From the NCBI GenBank assembly GCA_009103225.1, contig RHPI01002069.1:134739-198738 (forward strand): a DNA stretch of 64,000 bases. The letters are read 5' to 3'. This document shows, one piece after another, positions 37,042 to 51,146 of this stretch (within the stretch, counting starts at the first letter, position 1; every line of letters begins with the position of its first letter). The notes under the pieces were generated by a model, which made no database searches, was not told the origin of the DNA, and saw only the letters and a program-made list of their open reading frames with translations. The DNA comes from Chlorokybus atmophyticus. Its lineage: Eukaryota; Plantae; Mesostigma and Chlorokybus algae. The position numbers and the translations under genes are program-made.

Positions 37042-40000
37042 CTACGCTGCCCCGGGAGCCTTCGTCCCCACCACCCCCTGCTCTCCTCCTAACCTCTCCT
37101 CCTCCTTGTTCAGCCCCTGCTTGTCAACCCCCTCCTTATTGCCAGCATTGATATACGCCAGATACCCGGGATGTTGACTCGACCCATCCGTCTCCGCTCC
37201 CAACTCCCTCTCCTTCTCCTTCTCCTCCTTCCCTTCCTCCACATCCCTACCACCTCCTCCCTTCTCCCTCTCCTCCCTCTTCTCCTCCTCCACCAGGTCG
37301 ATGAAGAACGGCTCCCTGAGCCTCTTGGGGATGAAGAACAGGGTGTCGCGGCCCGTGGTTGACTCGAAGTAGGTGATGAGGAACAGGATGGAGATGGTGA
37401 CCAAGGGAGTGAGGAGGGAGTCGAAACCGGTCCAGTCGTTGAGGTCGGGGGCGGAGAAGGAGGACTTGTCCCAGTCGCAGGGGGCGCCGGGGTAAGCGTG
37501 GTCGTAGTCCTGGGAGAGGGGTGGGTGGTGGGTGGGTATGTGGGCGCGCACACGAATGCACTGATACACACTCACATGCACTGATACATACCAATGGGCT
37601 GCATATGGGGTGTGGTGTGAGTGTAGTGCGCATGTGGCTTCTGGCACGCAAACACACATGCACGCATCCATACCCCGACACACACACGTCCGTGCACGTG
37701 TGCATGGTACTTATATGCACATAGCCACCCATCCCCGTCTCCACAAGGCCCCCCTCACTCACCTGCGCATACTTCCCGTACGGCAGCACGTACGACCCAT
37801 CCTTGGGCAGCGTGAACTGCAGCGTCAACCTCATCACGATCCCCGTCGAGATGGACACGACGGCCGCGTTGGGCGTGGCTCTCTTCCAGTACACGGCCGC
37901 GAACAGCGCCGGCACGCACGTGGCGGTGGTGATGTCAAACGCCACGATCAGGAGACGACCCGGGTCGTTGTTGAGCACCGCCGCGAGGGCAGCGAAGAAG
38001 GTGAAGGGGATGGTGAGGAGACGGGCGGCGGAGAGGAGGTTGGAACGCTTCACGAACTTGAGCTTCCTGGGGAGGAGGGGGTGGGTGGGTAAGTGGGTGG
38101 GGGTGTGCGTGATGCGTGTGTCTGCAGGTAGCACACGCATGCGCGCGTGGCTGCGTTTTGTTGGTGCGTGTATGTGCGCGGGTGTGCGTGCATGCATGCG
38201 TGTGTTGTGAGTGTTGTGCGCTGCTTAGCGCTGATGTACTATGCAAGTGCTACAGCTCGAGGCAACACCACTACTCTTGGTAAATTAAGTGTATAGCTAA
38301 GCCAACCTGCCACACTATCCCACCTGCAGATGTTGTGCGCGAAAACGGTGGCAGTGGCGAGGATCGCCCCGTCCGCCGTGGACATACTGGCGGATATGAT
38401 CGAACACAGCACCCATATCCCCAACCCAGTAGGCGCCTACACAAGAACAGCATTAGGCCTATCACAACAACAACAACACCACCCCACCCCACCCCACCCC
38501 TCCTCACCTGTTTGGCCATGAGTTTGACTAACGCCTGATCGTCCGGCACCCACTTGGCGCAGCTGGGCAGGTCCAGCAGCACGCTGCTCGTGTCGGCGTC
38601 GAACTCGGCGTAGTGGCTGTCGGGACCGTAGTAGTAGCGGGCGACGCCGCCCAGGAAGGCGAACGGGAGGCCGACGGCGATGGACATGAAGCCGGAGATG
38701 AGGCAGGCCACACGGGCGACCTGGGAGGGAGAGACGCTAGTTCTGTGTGTGTGTGCGTCAGTGTGTACGCATACGTACGAGCGCACGCGCGTATACGCGC
38801 ACGCACACATGTGCGCACGCGCATGTGTGTACACATGAGTGCGTGTGCACGTTTCCGTGCATGTGCATGGGTGTGTGCGTGCGTGCATGCGTGCGTGTGG
38901 GTGGGTGTTCTTGTCGCAAGTTGTGTGTCTGACTCACTCTAGGGGACTTGGCTGAGAAGCATCGTGCTTGGAAGTCCAGGGCGGCGAGGTTGCCGATAGC
39001 CAATGTGATGACTGTCGACTGCAGTGACAAGCGGTCATGACATCGGTGATGACAGAGATAGTACTTCCACCTATGCGCGCGAACCACGTCGCGCAGTGTC
39101 AGTGATGAGAACTCACCCAGTTGAAGAGAATGGCGTTGGGGAAGGGCCCGAGCGCATTGATATTGAACATCTCGTTCCAGTATATAGTCTTGTCCCCATC
39201 TGCCACACGCACACACACACACACACACACACGATTACTCACCCTCAACCCACAGCCAACCCAACCCAAACCTCCCCACCCCCCAACAACCACAACATCT
39301 TACTCGGGAACGCCCCGTTGTCGTACTGGCTGGGGTCCAGCGCGGCTATCTCCGCCGCGGTGACGGTCCCGCACGCCTCGAAGCCCGGGAAACCCACGGA
39401 CTTGGCCGCGTGGGTCGGGTGCTTGGCAAGCATGTAGATGGCGCCGATCAGGAGACCGGACCAGGAGAGGAAGGCCTGCGAGAATGGGTGGGTGGGTGGG
39501 TGGGTACCATAGCATATGCGTGTATATATTGCGTAGTTACATGTGCGCACTTGCGACAAGCAAGTACGTAGACATGCCAGCACACACACACACACGCACG
39601 CACGCACACAAAGAGAGAGAGAGAGANNNNNNNNNNNNNNNNNNNNNNNNNNNNNNNNNNNNNNNNNNNNNNNNNNNNNNNNNNNNNNNNNNNNNNNNNN
39701 NNNNNNNNNNNNNNNNNNNNNNNNNNNNNNNNNNNNNNNNNNNNNNNNNNNNNNNNNNNNNNNNNNNNNNNNNNNNNNNNNNNNNNNNNNNNNNNNNNNN
39801 NNNNNNNNNNNNNNNNNNNNNNNNNNNNNNNNNNNNNNNNNNNNNNNNNNNNNNNNNNNNNNNNNNNNNNNNNNNNNNNNNNNNNNNNNNNNNNNNNNNN
39901 NNNNNNNNNNNNNNNNNNNNNNNNNNNNNNNNNNNNNNNNNNNNNNNNNNNNNNNNNNNNNNNNNNNNNNNNNNNNNNNNNNNNNNNNNNNNNNNNNNNN

Positions 40001-41415
40001 NNNNNNNNNNNNNNNNNNNNNNNNNNNNNNNNNNNNNNNNNNNNNNNNNNNNNNNNNNNNNNNNNNNNNNNNNNNNNNNNNNNNNNNNNNNNNNNNNNNN
40101 NNNNNNNNNNNNNNNNNNNNNNNNNNNNNNNNNNNNNNNNNNNNNNNNNNNNNNNNNNNNNNNNNNNNNNNNNNNNNNNNNNNNNNNNNNNNNNNNNNNN
40201 NNNNNNNNNNNNNNNNNNNNNNNNNNNNNNNNNNNNNNNNNNNNNNNNNNNNNNNNNNNNNNNNNNNNNNNNNNNNNNNNNNNNNNNNNNNNNNNNNNNN
40301 NNNNNNNNNNNNNNNNNNNNNNNNNNNNNNNNNNNNNNNNNNNNNNNNNNNNNNNNNNNNNNNNNNNNNNNNNNNNNNNNNNNNNNNNNNNNNNNNNNNN
40401 NNNNNNNNNNNNNNNNNNNNNNNNNNNNNNNNNNNNNNNNNNNNNNNNNNNNNNNNNNNNNNNNNNNNNNNNNNNNNNNNNNNNNNNNNNNNNNNNNNNN
40501 NNNNNNNNNNNNNNNNNNNNNNNNNNNNNNNNNNNNNNNNNNNNNNNNNNNNNNNNNNNNNNNNNNNNNNNNNNNNNNNNNNNNGGGGGTATATGGGTAT
40601 ATGCACGGGAGCGTGCGCGTGCGCGTGCATGTATGTACACTGTTACACACGTGCGTGCGTGTGTGTGCATCGCAATGTGGGGACCATGTATGTGCCCTTG
40701 CGTACCAGGAATAGGCTGAGTCCAAGGCCAATGGGGATGACCGCCCCGTCGAAATACTGATATCTGTATGCGTACTGCACCGACCCCAGCGTGGCGTTGC
40801 TGTCGAGACTGCTCGACGCCAGCATCATCGTCACGAACAGCAGGTTCATCCTCCTCCCCGCCACGAAGAAGTTCTGTTACACGCGTGATGCGTATGTACA
40901 CGTGTGCAATGCGTTTCGATATGTGAGATGCGATGTGTGAAGCGTGTATTCACCTCTGCTTTGCCTTTGATCATGATGGTGGACACGACGCCGATGATGA
41001 AGAAGGCGACCATGGTGAAGATGACGGGGAGGCCGAATATGAGGGAGAGGTGGTTGCGGGTCCATTCGGCCGGCGTGGGGATGAGGCACACCTGCTCCTG
41101 GCACGCCACACCTGTGTGCGTGCATGCGCACGTGCGTGAGAGCGTGTATGCATGTGCGTATGCAAGAACACAGTGAGGGACAGTTTGCACTCGCGGGTGC
41201 AAGGGCAAAGTGAGTCCAAAGCCTTGCATGGTGAGCAGGCTCAAGAGAGAGGAGTGCTTCTCCCGGTTCTTGTCAATATTGATCAGGGAACACACATCCA
41301 TTACGTGCGTAGGTGTGCATGTGCATAAGTATGTGACTGTAGTTTGCATCACTCAATCACCTTCAGCCACCAGCGTCTCATTGCAGAAGTACGTCCAGTT
41401 GCCGGTGTCCGCCAT
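37042..41415 (-). CDS. Sodium:solute symporter (SLC5/SSS, choline-transporter-like); central exons hidden by an assembly gap
   Basis: NFFVAGRRMNL..DSNATLG..DGAVIPIGLGLSL; GNLAALDFQARCFSAKSP; SASMSTADGAILATATVFAHNI. Many transmembrane segments. Confidence 0.88.
39627..40584. other. Assembly gap (958 N) inside the symporter gene
   Basis: Run of N flanked by (GA)n on the left. Confidence 0.99.
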
Positions 41416-42487
41416 GTTGTTAGCAGCAACAGCAGCAGCAGCAGGCTGCTCTGCTCTGACGCGGGTTCAAGCTATACAGCAACCCACACTCCCCACCAGC
41501 AAGAGAGACTGACAACGACTGGCACAATCACCGCAACGCTGAGGAGGAGGGCAACCACAACTAGTACACCACTACACCTATCACTTCAGTGTGTTTGTGA
41601 CACCTACTAAGCCTAAGCAGGAACCTCTTCTAGCTAGCGCAGTCGATTCCCCCCCCTGCGTTCAGTGGTGCTGCCGACAATGCCGCTGCCGCCGCTATCT
41701 CTCCTCCTCTGCGGTGAGGGCGCCACCGACAAGCATACACACGCAGAGGCTCTACCAGGCACACCACAATGGTGAGGTTTGCTCTCACAGTGTGCAGTGC
41801 CAGCCCAAGCCTCAAATGAAATAAAGAACTTGTCACACATGAACAGTGCTGATTTCGTTGACGTGCGAAGTCCACTATCAGAGGCCTTAAAGGCCCACTA
41901 AAGGCATGCTGCATAACCCCGGGGCAAAACTACAAACTTTCAGGAGAGTGAAAGTCTCCTGGCCCTTTGCCTCTCGCGCAACTTCAAGCCTTGAAGAGTC
42001 GGTCATGTGACGCCCCGCGTCGCCAAGATGACCGGTATACTCACCGCGTACATCCGGCAGCGTCGCCTCAAGCGACCGGTTTGTATAGGCGTTGTCAGCC
42101 GGTTTCAGGCAAGAGGACCGTCCGTAGCGTGTCGTCCTCTGGGCGGACCCCTTCGGCCCCCGCAGAGGCTGGAGCGGTGTGAGTGGTGTGACACACTCTC
42201 GCTCATGACAAAGTGGCCCCTCCACCGCGAAAAGCCGGGCTGGAACAGAAAGGGGGAAACCCTGATCAGTGTGAGCACTGCTCACTGATCACGTTGGACA
42301 CGACACCAGCTTGAGTGCGTCCGTTTTGGTTCAGTAAACTGAGCACTGCGGCTTGGCGTCGCCGGGGTGGTGGGGGTGGTCGTGGTCGTGGTCGTGGTCG
42401 TGGTGGGGGTGGGGGTGGGGGGGTGGTGTTAGTCTGGAGAGTGGTGTGACTGCGCTGGGCAAGGGGGGGGTAAACACATACACAGCG

Positions 42488-45290
42488 ATGACGGCGGCGG
42501 GGCAGGAGACGTGGAAGGCGGCCAAGGCGCTTGCGGAGCAGTACGGCGGCGACGTGCGGGCGCTGGAGAAGGCCGCCGTCGCCGACCCGGCCATCCTCCA
42601 CGCACTCCAGCTTCAGGATCCCGCCGTCCCCTACGACTCGCCATTTCCCGTGGTAGGACTAGTGCACTCGCTCACATGCAATTGGACACATACTTGGCAT
42701 GCATGTTGCATTAACTAGCAGAGCTGCTCAGGTGATGGCCTGCTTGCTCTGTACAAACTGAAACTGCAAACATGCAGCAATTGCATTGCTGTGGTACAAC
42801 CGAGTTTGAAGTCGTCCAAATTGGAGTGCACTCCACTGACAGCAAGTGAACAGCGTTCCAATCTGAACTGCATGCAGATGAACTGACTTGCACTGTTTGG
42901 GCTGTATGCAACTGGGCGAGTGGTGAAGTGATGTGTCAATTGTCGTACGTGTTGTGGTGCAGGATGAGGTTGACATTGTCATTCCCACCATCCGCAACCT
43001 GGACTTCCTTGAGATGTGGCGACCATACCTCATCAACTGTCACCTCATCATCGTGAAGGACGGGGATCCCAATGCGGTATGCACATTCAATGCTACAGTG
43101 CAGGCTAGTATGCATATCATGCGCACACACATGCACATACGGGCGGGTGCACATGCATGTGCCCCCCCCCCCCCCCCCCCCCCCCCCNACGCGCATACGC
43201 ACAAATTGGTGCGCTAGCTTGGCCTTGCACTCGTGATCAATACTATACGCCTTTGGCCGCTCTTTTATATATATCATCGTGCAGACAGTGAGCGTGCCAG
43301 AGGGGTACTCGTACGACATGTACACGCGGGCGGACATGGAGAGGGTGATGGGGCCGAGGGTGAAGTGCATATCGCAGCGCTCTGCAGCGTGCCGATGCTT
43401 CGGTTTCCTCGTCTCTAAGAAGAAGTACATCCTCACCATCGACGACGACTGCTTCGTGAGTCATACATATTGCATTCGTTGCTATCATCGCGAGTGTAAT
43501 AACACTCACAATGACACTACATCCAGGTGGCAAAAACACCACAAGGCAAAGATGTTGACATCTTACAAGGTCATCTGTTCAACTTGAAGACGCCTGCGCT
43601 CCCGTACTACTTCAACACCATGTACGACCCGTATGAACCCGGTGCGAGCAGCACGCACGCACGCACACACGCACACACGCGCACTCACAATCATGCACAC
43701 ACACACGCGTGCACACGCTCTCGCGCACACATACGCACATATGCATGTGACATCACTTGACGATTGTGAACGCGTGCTGCAGATGCGGACTTCGTGGCGT
43801 GCTATCCGTATAGTCTCCGGCAAGGCGTGCCCACGGCCATGTCCCATGGAATGTGGCTGAACATCCCGTAAGTTGTTACAAGGTTGTCGTGTGCTTATAC
43901 CCAGACACATAGTGGAGTGTTCCATCAACATACCCAACCGGGTGATACGCTAACCATGCTGACTTACATGTCAACACTGCGCAGAGACTATGATGGCCCC
44001 ACACAGCTGGCAATTGACGCTTCATCAAAACCTGCTGAGAAGAGTTTCAGGTGAGTGCAGTGACCACCCCACCTTCGGTGTATCATGTTTGTTCATGGAC
44101 GTGTGACACGCAGGTATGTGGATGCCACGCTAACGCTACCTAAGGGCACACTCTTCTCGTGTTGCGGCATGAACCTCTCATTCGATCGAACACTCGTCGG
44201 GTAAGCAGCAAAGAGTGGGTGTCGAACCATCAATGTACGCACATGGATCTTGTGCATGATGCAGACAATCTTGTCGCCGGTCATTGCGCGCTTTGCAGAG
44301 TAGTCTTTGCTGCAGATAGCCTTCTAATAACCGTCTTTCTCACGTGCCAGGCCGTGCATGTACTTTGGGCTGATGGGCATGGTAGGTGCGCCACCTCAGT
44401 TATGTTGTTGCTGAGGTAGTTGCATGTACCTGCTTCGATTCAAATATACCCGATACGCGCTTTGATGACTGCACGCGCACCCTCACTCAGGGCACGCCTT
44501 GGGGTCGGTATGAAGACATGTGGGCTGGCTGGTGCACCAAGGTAAACAACGCATCTCACGATGGGTATTAGCAACAGAACAGTCGATGCGAATATGTTGG
44601 AATGAACATACAAGGGAGTGATTGAATGACAAGCTTTTTGTCTGCCGCATCAGGTGATTTGCGACCACTTGGGTCTCGGGGTAAAGACTGGCAAGCCGTA
44701 TGTCTGGCACAGCAAGGCGTCCAATGCGTACGCAAACTGGAGCGTGGAGGCCAAGGGCATAGAGTGGCAGGACACCATCGTACCCTTCTTTCAGGTGAGC
44801 AGGTTGTTGCGTGTGGTTTGCGCTGTCACCTTGCACCATGCGCGCGCGTGCGTGGGNAGCGGGGGGGGGCATAAAGTGGGTCCGACCACCTCACATGAGA
44901 GCACTTGTGCCTAACAGAAGCTTGACGTGGTGAGAACGACTGCTCTTAGGGGGTGCACATTGGGCTGCTGTTTTGGTCAAGGGAATACCGATCTCATAAA
45001 AGGGCTGTGCCTTGTGTGTGCAGAATCTACAGCTCAACGGGGCATCGGTGCAAGAGTGCTACAGAGAGATAGCTGAAGCGGTAATATGCATCACGACTCA
45101 ATTGTCTCGTTGTTCATGTTGGTTGCAGCATACATGGTGGTTGTTTTCGTAACTTTCTTTGGTACAGGTCCGGCAAGAGCTGACCAAGCTGGACCCTTAC
45201 TTCAATCTGATGGCGGACATGATGCTCATGTGGCTGGACGCATGGAACGAGCTCTGTCCCGATACGCCGGGTTACCACAAAACGCCGTAA
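42488..45290 (+). CDS. RGP: Divergent reversibly glycosylated polypeptide / UDP-arabinopyranose mutase family (GT75) protein (12 exons)
   Basis: [21 protein letters not shown]; [10 protein letters not shown]; [11 protein letters not shown]; GMNLSFDR; [11 protein letters not shown]; [10 protein letters not shown]; W..AW.EL. All introns are GT-AG. Confidence 0.93.
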
Positions 45291-47118
45291 TGCAGGCCGT
45301 GCTCGCGCAGTCCCTCAAGCATGTACATGACCATCGTTGTAGTGGTTACTAGAGGTATGTATTATCTTTCACCAAGAGGGCAACGTATTTATAGTACTCA
45401 GGAAGGATTCGGGTTTGTTGCAGTGCTCGGTTGGAAAATTGCGCTTGTGTACTGCTGTTGAGTTGCACAAAAGCAACAGGTGTAATGGCTTTTCTCGACA
45501 CAGATTGTGTTACATGGATCAGGCAACCGCATATCGACTATCAGCTTAGCCATGGTTGCACTATTTCTCCTGCCGCGCTCGTGCCTTTTGTCAAACCATA
45601 CAAACTACCATGCCGTTTCCGTTTGTTGATATTTCACTTTTTATGGTTCCCTGCGTGCTGCTATTCATTAGTCAAGGCCTTCGCAACTGTACAGGATGAG
45701 CGTGCGGCTGTGTTTTTCTTTCGGTTTGACCACAGGTAGACCGGTTGCGACAATTGCATGGGCGTCTGTATGCATAGGTGTACAGAATATGCACGTGATG
45801 CATGCAACGTGGGCGTGGGCTACACCAATCAAGCTGATCTGGACGCTAACTGAGCTACATGGCGGGACATGGCTGCCCAAAGTGCCACACTAGTGAGCGA
45901 TCGTCCCCTCTGTTACATGTACACGCAAGTATCGCTGTCAATAGCAAATGTGCGAGAACACAAGCACAGCCAAGACACCGCCTGGTAACATCTCCCACCA
46001 GGATATGCACTCGACCTGTTGCTGATTTCTGTTTGACCATTCCAAGTCATCAGCACACAGCAGTGTGCCGCATGCCGTGCATGGAACTGCATGCTGCGCG
46101 CCAACCCTAACGCTGGCTGCAGCGATGCAGCTGCGGGCATCGGCAGAGCATCCAGATGGTTGGAGGAGGGCGGGGGTAGGGAAGGGAGGAGGGAGGGGAA
46201 GTCCAAGTCCTGCTGCTGTTGTGACCGCTGGTGCTGCAAATGGGCCGCTAAGCAGGTGGCGCTGGTGCAGGTAACCACGATTGCAACGTGTGCATGCATG
46301 ACTGACGGGGGGGGCGTAGATGTAGGTGTAGGAGTAGAGTGTAATAAATAGAGTGCAAGGATTGTAGGTAGCCCGGTGGTCGCGTATATAGCACGAGGTG
46401 AGTGTGATCTGCAGAGTGTTGCATGCGTGGTGTGGTCTGAATGGGCATACCACAGAGCAGAGGGCGAGGAAGGAGGCGGAGCCAGGGAGAGAGGGAGGGG
46501 GAGTCCTGGTCGCCAATGTGCATGCTGTCTGCGTGACCGAAAGCGCCAACAACTGACCAACGCCCATGTGGGCAGGTGATTACCAACTGCATATTGGCTG
46601 CTGCATGTCTAACGGGGTAGAGGCAGTAGATTAGCGTGCTAGTAGTAGCCCGGTGGTCAAATTATTGTCATTTGTAAGACACCTTGCATGTGTTGCTATG
46701 TGCTGACTGAACTACACGTTGTGCATGCGCATGCATGTCCTGCATTTGATGTACCCCTCTCGCACTTTCTGTACTCTAGACCTGCAAGTTCCTGAGGCTG
46801 ACAGAACAGTGATGAAATCTACCACTGTGCCCTCCCACCCCGATCTCCACACCCTCATACCCACCTCAACCCACCCACCCACGTACAACGCTGCACCTGA
46901 ACTGTGACGAATGACACACTACTGTAACAGAAACAAACACATGAGAACATGTTGCCCCACAGGCAGCGGAGAGCGGGTACTCCCGCAACACAAAACGCAC
47001 GACTTGCAAAAGCTCTCCCTCCATGCCGAACAACTCCTAACCAACAAAACTGACGCTACGAACAACAGAAGCGTGACAACGCTGCGGAAAACTTGCAACC
47101 GACCCATAGTCTGTCATT

Positions 47119-50050
47119 CTAGTACTTGTAGTCCTTGACGTGCAGGGACTCCTGCGACGCGGCGTCGCCAGCACTGCCAGAATACTTGCCAAGAGAAGCT
47201 TGGCCATTGGCCTCGGCACGTGTGAGGAAGGCCTTCTGAGCAGCGGAGATGTTTTCCTTCTTGCCGCCCCATGCCTACAACCACACAGCAACCAGCTCAG
47301 CAATAAAGGAGGACAGTGTCAATATGGCAACATTGATGTTTACCATTAAGGGCAAGCTTGCAACTCAACCATGGCATGCATATAGTTGCACCTATGATGC
47401 TTGCACAACATGAATAACAATTAACCTCAATGCTGAACGGCATGTGCAGTTTGATCATGACATGAAAGTTAAACTCCTCTCGAGGACCATACAGGGCCTG
47501 CCGGAATTTCGCACAAACTGCAGCGGTGGGTACCTTGAGGGTAGATGACTGCAGAGCACGGCCATACGAGAAGCTCAAAGCCCATGGCTTCTTTGTGCTC
47601 AACTTGTTCATGGCGTCCAAGTTCTTTGTAGCCTCCTCCTCACTCTGCCATCCACGAAGCCAACAAAGGTTTGTAATGCACCTTTAATAGGCGGCGCTGA
47701 ACAGAACTGCTTGTTTGCGCAGAACCGTCAGCGCGTTGAGAGCGCGCCTTTTAGAAGTTTGCACGGGTCACAAAACGAACAGTGCTTGTGGCACAAACTT
47801 CCTTACAACCTAATCCACTTGCCTGACCACCAGAGAGGAAGTGAATGCCAGGCACTGCAGGCGGGACAGTGCGCTGCAGTGCACGCACAGTGTGCAGAGC
47901 GATCTAGAAATGTAACAGGAGTGGTGAGTGCCTGTAGGCAATGCAACTGAGATGCGTCACCTCAAACCTTGCACAACTGAGGTACCTCCTCAGGGGAAGC
48001 CCTGTTCGGACACTGCGCACCGGGCGTGACCATGTTGGGCTTGAGCAAGGTGCCCTCCAGCATCACCTGAGAACGCGCACCACATGCTCAGGACATGTAC
48101 TTGTTGTCCAGGCGGCGAAAGTAAGGTGGCACTTACATGATGATCACTGAGTGCCTTGTAGCAAGCAGCAATCACGCGCTCAGTCACATCAGCGCACTTT
48201 TGAATGGAGTGATCGCCATCGCTCAGGACTTCTGGCTCAACAATTGGAACCAAACCATTCTCCTGAAAACCGCTAAATGTAAGAGTTTGCTGCTGCTGTT
48301 CGCTGCTTGTCATACCATAAACACACTCATGCAAAAGCTAGTCAATTGTCTGCAAGGTTGCTTGTGCACTGAGATGCTAGTGGTAAACATACTGAAACCA
48401 AATAGATCATGCTATCAGCTTGTGGTGCAACAAGCTGTCATCAAGCGCTGTGCACACATTGACACCAGATGCAATGACATGAAGCAGACCGGATAGCAGA
48501 CAAGCATACGCGTGACGCTGCACCCAGAATTACCTGGCAGATTGCAGCATATCGCGCAAGACCGTAGGCATTTTCGTGGATGGCAAGTTCTGAAGGGCAG
48601 CTATCTGAAATCTTCAGCACTGCGCGCCACTACATACAACATAAAGTCAGCCCTAGTGAAATACAGTAGTGCATATGTCCCTCGGATTGCTCCCTGCCCC
48701 CATCGGCATTGTTGCTCACCAACGCCACATGTCAAGGACTCGCCAACCCAGAAGCATATGCTGGCAGTAACTGGCCAGCTCACCAATGCTGCTTAAAACC
48801 TTTACAGGGGCACAGCTTACCTTGGCGAAGCGAGCACCGGCTTTGTAGTACTCAGCGCAACGCGAGCCCAAGCTATCCATACCCTAGAAAAGACAGCATT
48901 AGCAGATGCGCCAAAGCAACACACACAGTATGACCTGTGCACAAGAGTATGAGGCACGAGTTACCTGTGTGGTGGTCTCACCATCAGTACCGGGCAATTC
49001 CACGACACCCTTGTCAACCTGTGATGAAAGACAAAGGTGATGACTGTGTCATGACTTTTTGCAAATTAAGCAAAAGATGTGCAAACATGCCACAATGGGA
49101 TAGGGCAACATGCTTAATGCGATAGGGCACCGTCGTGAGCGCTTACCTTGATACCAGGGATAACCCCCAACTTCTTCATGACCTCAACAAATGGAGTGCC
49201 ATCATTTGCCTTCTGGTACCTGCAAATTGCAAACAATTACCGCAGACTGTAGTATCATTTCACACAGATAGAGTCAAGAGGGCAGTCTCGCACAAGTGTA
49301 CACCCGCCTGAAGCGCACTTACAAGGTTTCCTCAAACAAGATGACACCGCTGATGTGGTTGTTCATGCCCTCCGATGTGAAAAGTAACTGCCTCAGCGTT
49401 TGGCGGTTGGCCTAGTGCAAAGCAGAAAACCTCAGTGATTATGACGGATCGAGCTGACACTGATAATAAGTCGTGACACAGACAGTCCCATCGAAACTTG
49501 CCTCGTTGTTCTCAACGTTGATGCCTTGCAGACGCTTGCCAATGGTGCCTGTGCTCTCGTCCGCAGCCAGAATGCCTTTGCCAGGTGCTGCGATAGCATT
49601 CTGGTCGCAACAACAGCCATATGTCAGGTGCATATAGCAAGCCTGACATGGACAGCATGTTGCAGCTTGCTTCTGGCGAAACGCGCCCGACACTCAAGGC
49701 GGCACGGCGGCTGGCTACCACACATGCTGCGCTGCAAACCATGCTGCAATGCAATAACAAGCAAGAATGCCGCCTGTGCAGAAGACCGCAACCCTGGCAC
49801 ACGCTGCGCAAGCTATGCGCAACTTGAGGCACAAGTTGAAATACAGCACATGATGGCAAGATGTTGTTGAAAGGAGCGCCGCTCGCAAACATAACCAAGT
49901 TGCCCACTCACAAGCCAACACCGCGTAGCATGCTTGCCGTAGCAAATGCGCCTACTCTTGCTTCGACAACGTGCATACACCAGAGCCGCACGCACTGCTT
50001 ACCGCAGTGGCGATGAGCTCCTCCTCATACTTGCTCCTGAAGTGCGACAT
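47119..50050 (-). CDS. FBA: Class I fructose-bisphosphate aldolase, cytosolic type (12 exons)
   Basis: [17 protein letters not shown]; PGIKVDKG; [10 protein letters not shown]; [11 protein letters not shown]; FLSGGQSEEEA; [10 protein letters not shown]; C-terminal KY*. No transit peptide. Confidence 0.98.
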
Positions 50051-51146
50051 GATTGCGGAGGAGTTAGCGAACACAAAGTCAGGGGAACAAACAAGCGCCG
50101 CCCACAACTACACCTGCGCCCCCGCCCACAACGCCAACAAAGCAAACGCCAATGGTAGCAAGCTGACAACTTTAAACTGAAGCATGCAATACCGATAACA
50201 CCTCCAAAGCCGTCGGATCAGTGTCTCGAAGACAGCCTGAACAAACAGATCTGACGGTCACCTTCTATGATTCTAAGACCAACGTGACATTATGCCGCTG
50301 CAGTCGTGATCAAACGGGCGACATGAGCTCAGGGGTCCTTGGATTCAAGCAGAAAGTCCAGTCGGCAACCGACAAAGTATGCATCCCAGCAGATCAGCAC
50401 TTTTTGGCCCAGGTGGCAAGTGATCGATAAGACTGCCGAGATATTATTATCGAGGAGGACTGCAGCATTCGAGCCGGGTTGATAAAGCCTTGTCAACCGG
50501 GAAACCCGTCGCTCGGTTTCAGCCGCCCTGTTTCGATCTGGTTCTGAGCCGTATCAGCTAATGATTCCCTTTCGGCGTTACAGTGTAGCTTCGGCCAAGC
50601 TGCTGCCCAAGCTGTGCAAATTGCACACAAATTGCGGCCTTGTGCGGCCCGAGGCTGCGGAGGTGGAGGTGGAGGTGGAGAACTACAAGGAGGACGAGGA
50701 GGTGGTGGAGGTGGAGGTGGAGGCAGAGCAGGGAGAGGTTGCGTAGTAGTTGTGGTATACTGGTCAGTTAGTGTCGGACTTTCTGAGGTGACCAGACAGG
50801 TGAAGGCAGGAAGTGAGAGGTGAATTGGAGAAAGGCAGGAAGTCTGCAGCAAGGAGTGTTACCCGTGCGTGATTTGTTTGCGAGCAGGCTGTTATTGACG
50901 TTGCTGCTTTATGTGTGTAAACCACCTGGCGATTGAGGTTGCAAGGCGTAGCTATTGTCCTTGCGCTGCTTGAGCCAGAACAAGCCACGGCCGAGCAGTA
51001 GGCAGGCAGCTCATCAGCTGGCTGTGTGGGATGTGTAGAGCAGGCTAGGGTTTGTGTTGCTTAGCTGCTTAATCGCTAGCTTCCCGCCCGTGTCGCTGTG
51101 TGGGCTATCACATGTTAGCTAGGCCAAGCGGTGCTGGGCAGCTGGG

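Noticed and set aside
39245-40901. 400-460 aa ORFs in the track
   Set aside because: Artefacts of translating through the 958-N gap.
50561-50746. Acidic (EV)n or Gly-rich ORFs upstream of CorA
   Set aside because: Translation of a GGA/GGT repeat in the aldolase/CorA spacer, with no splice-consistent link to either gene.
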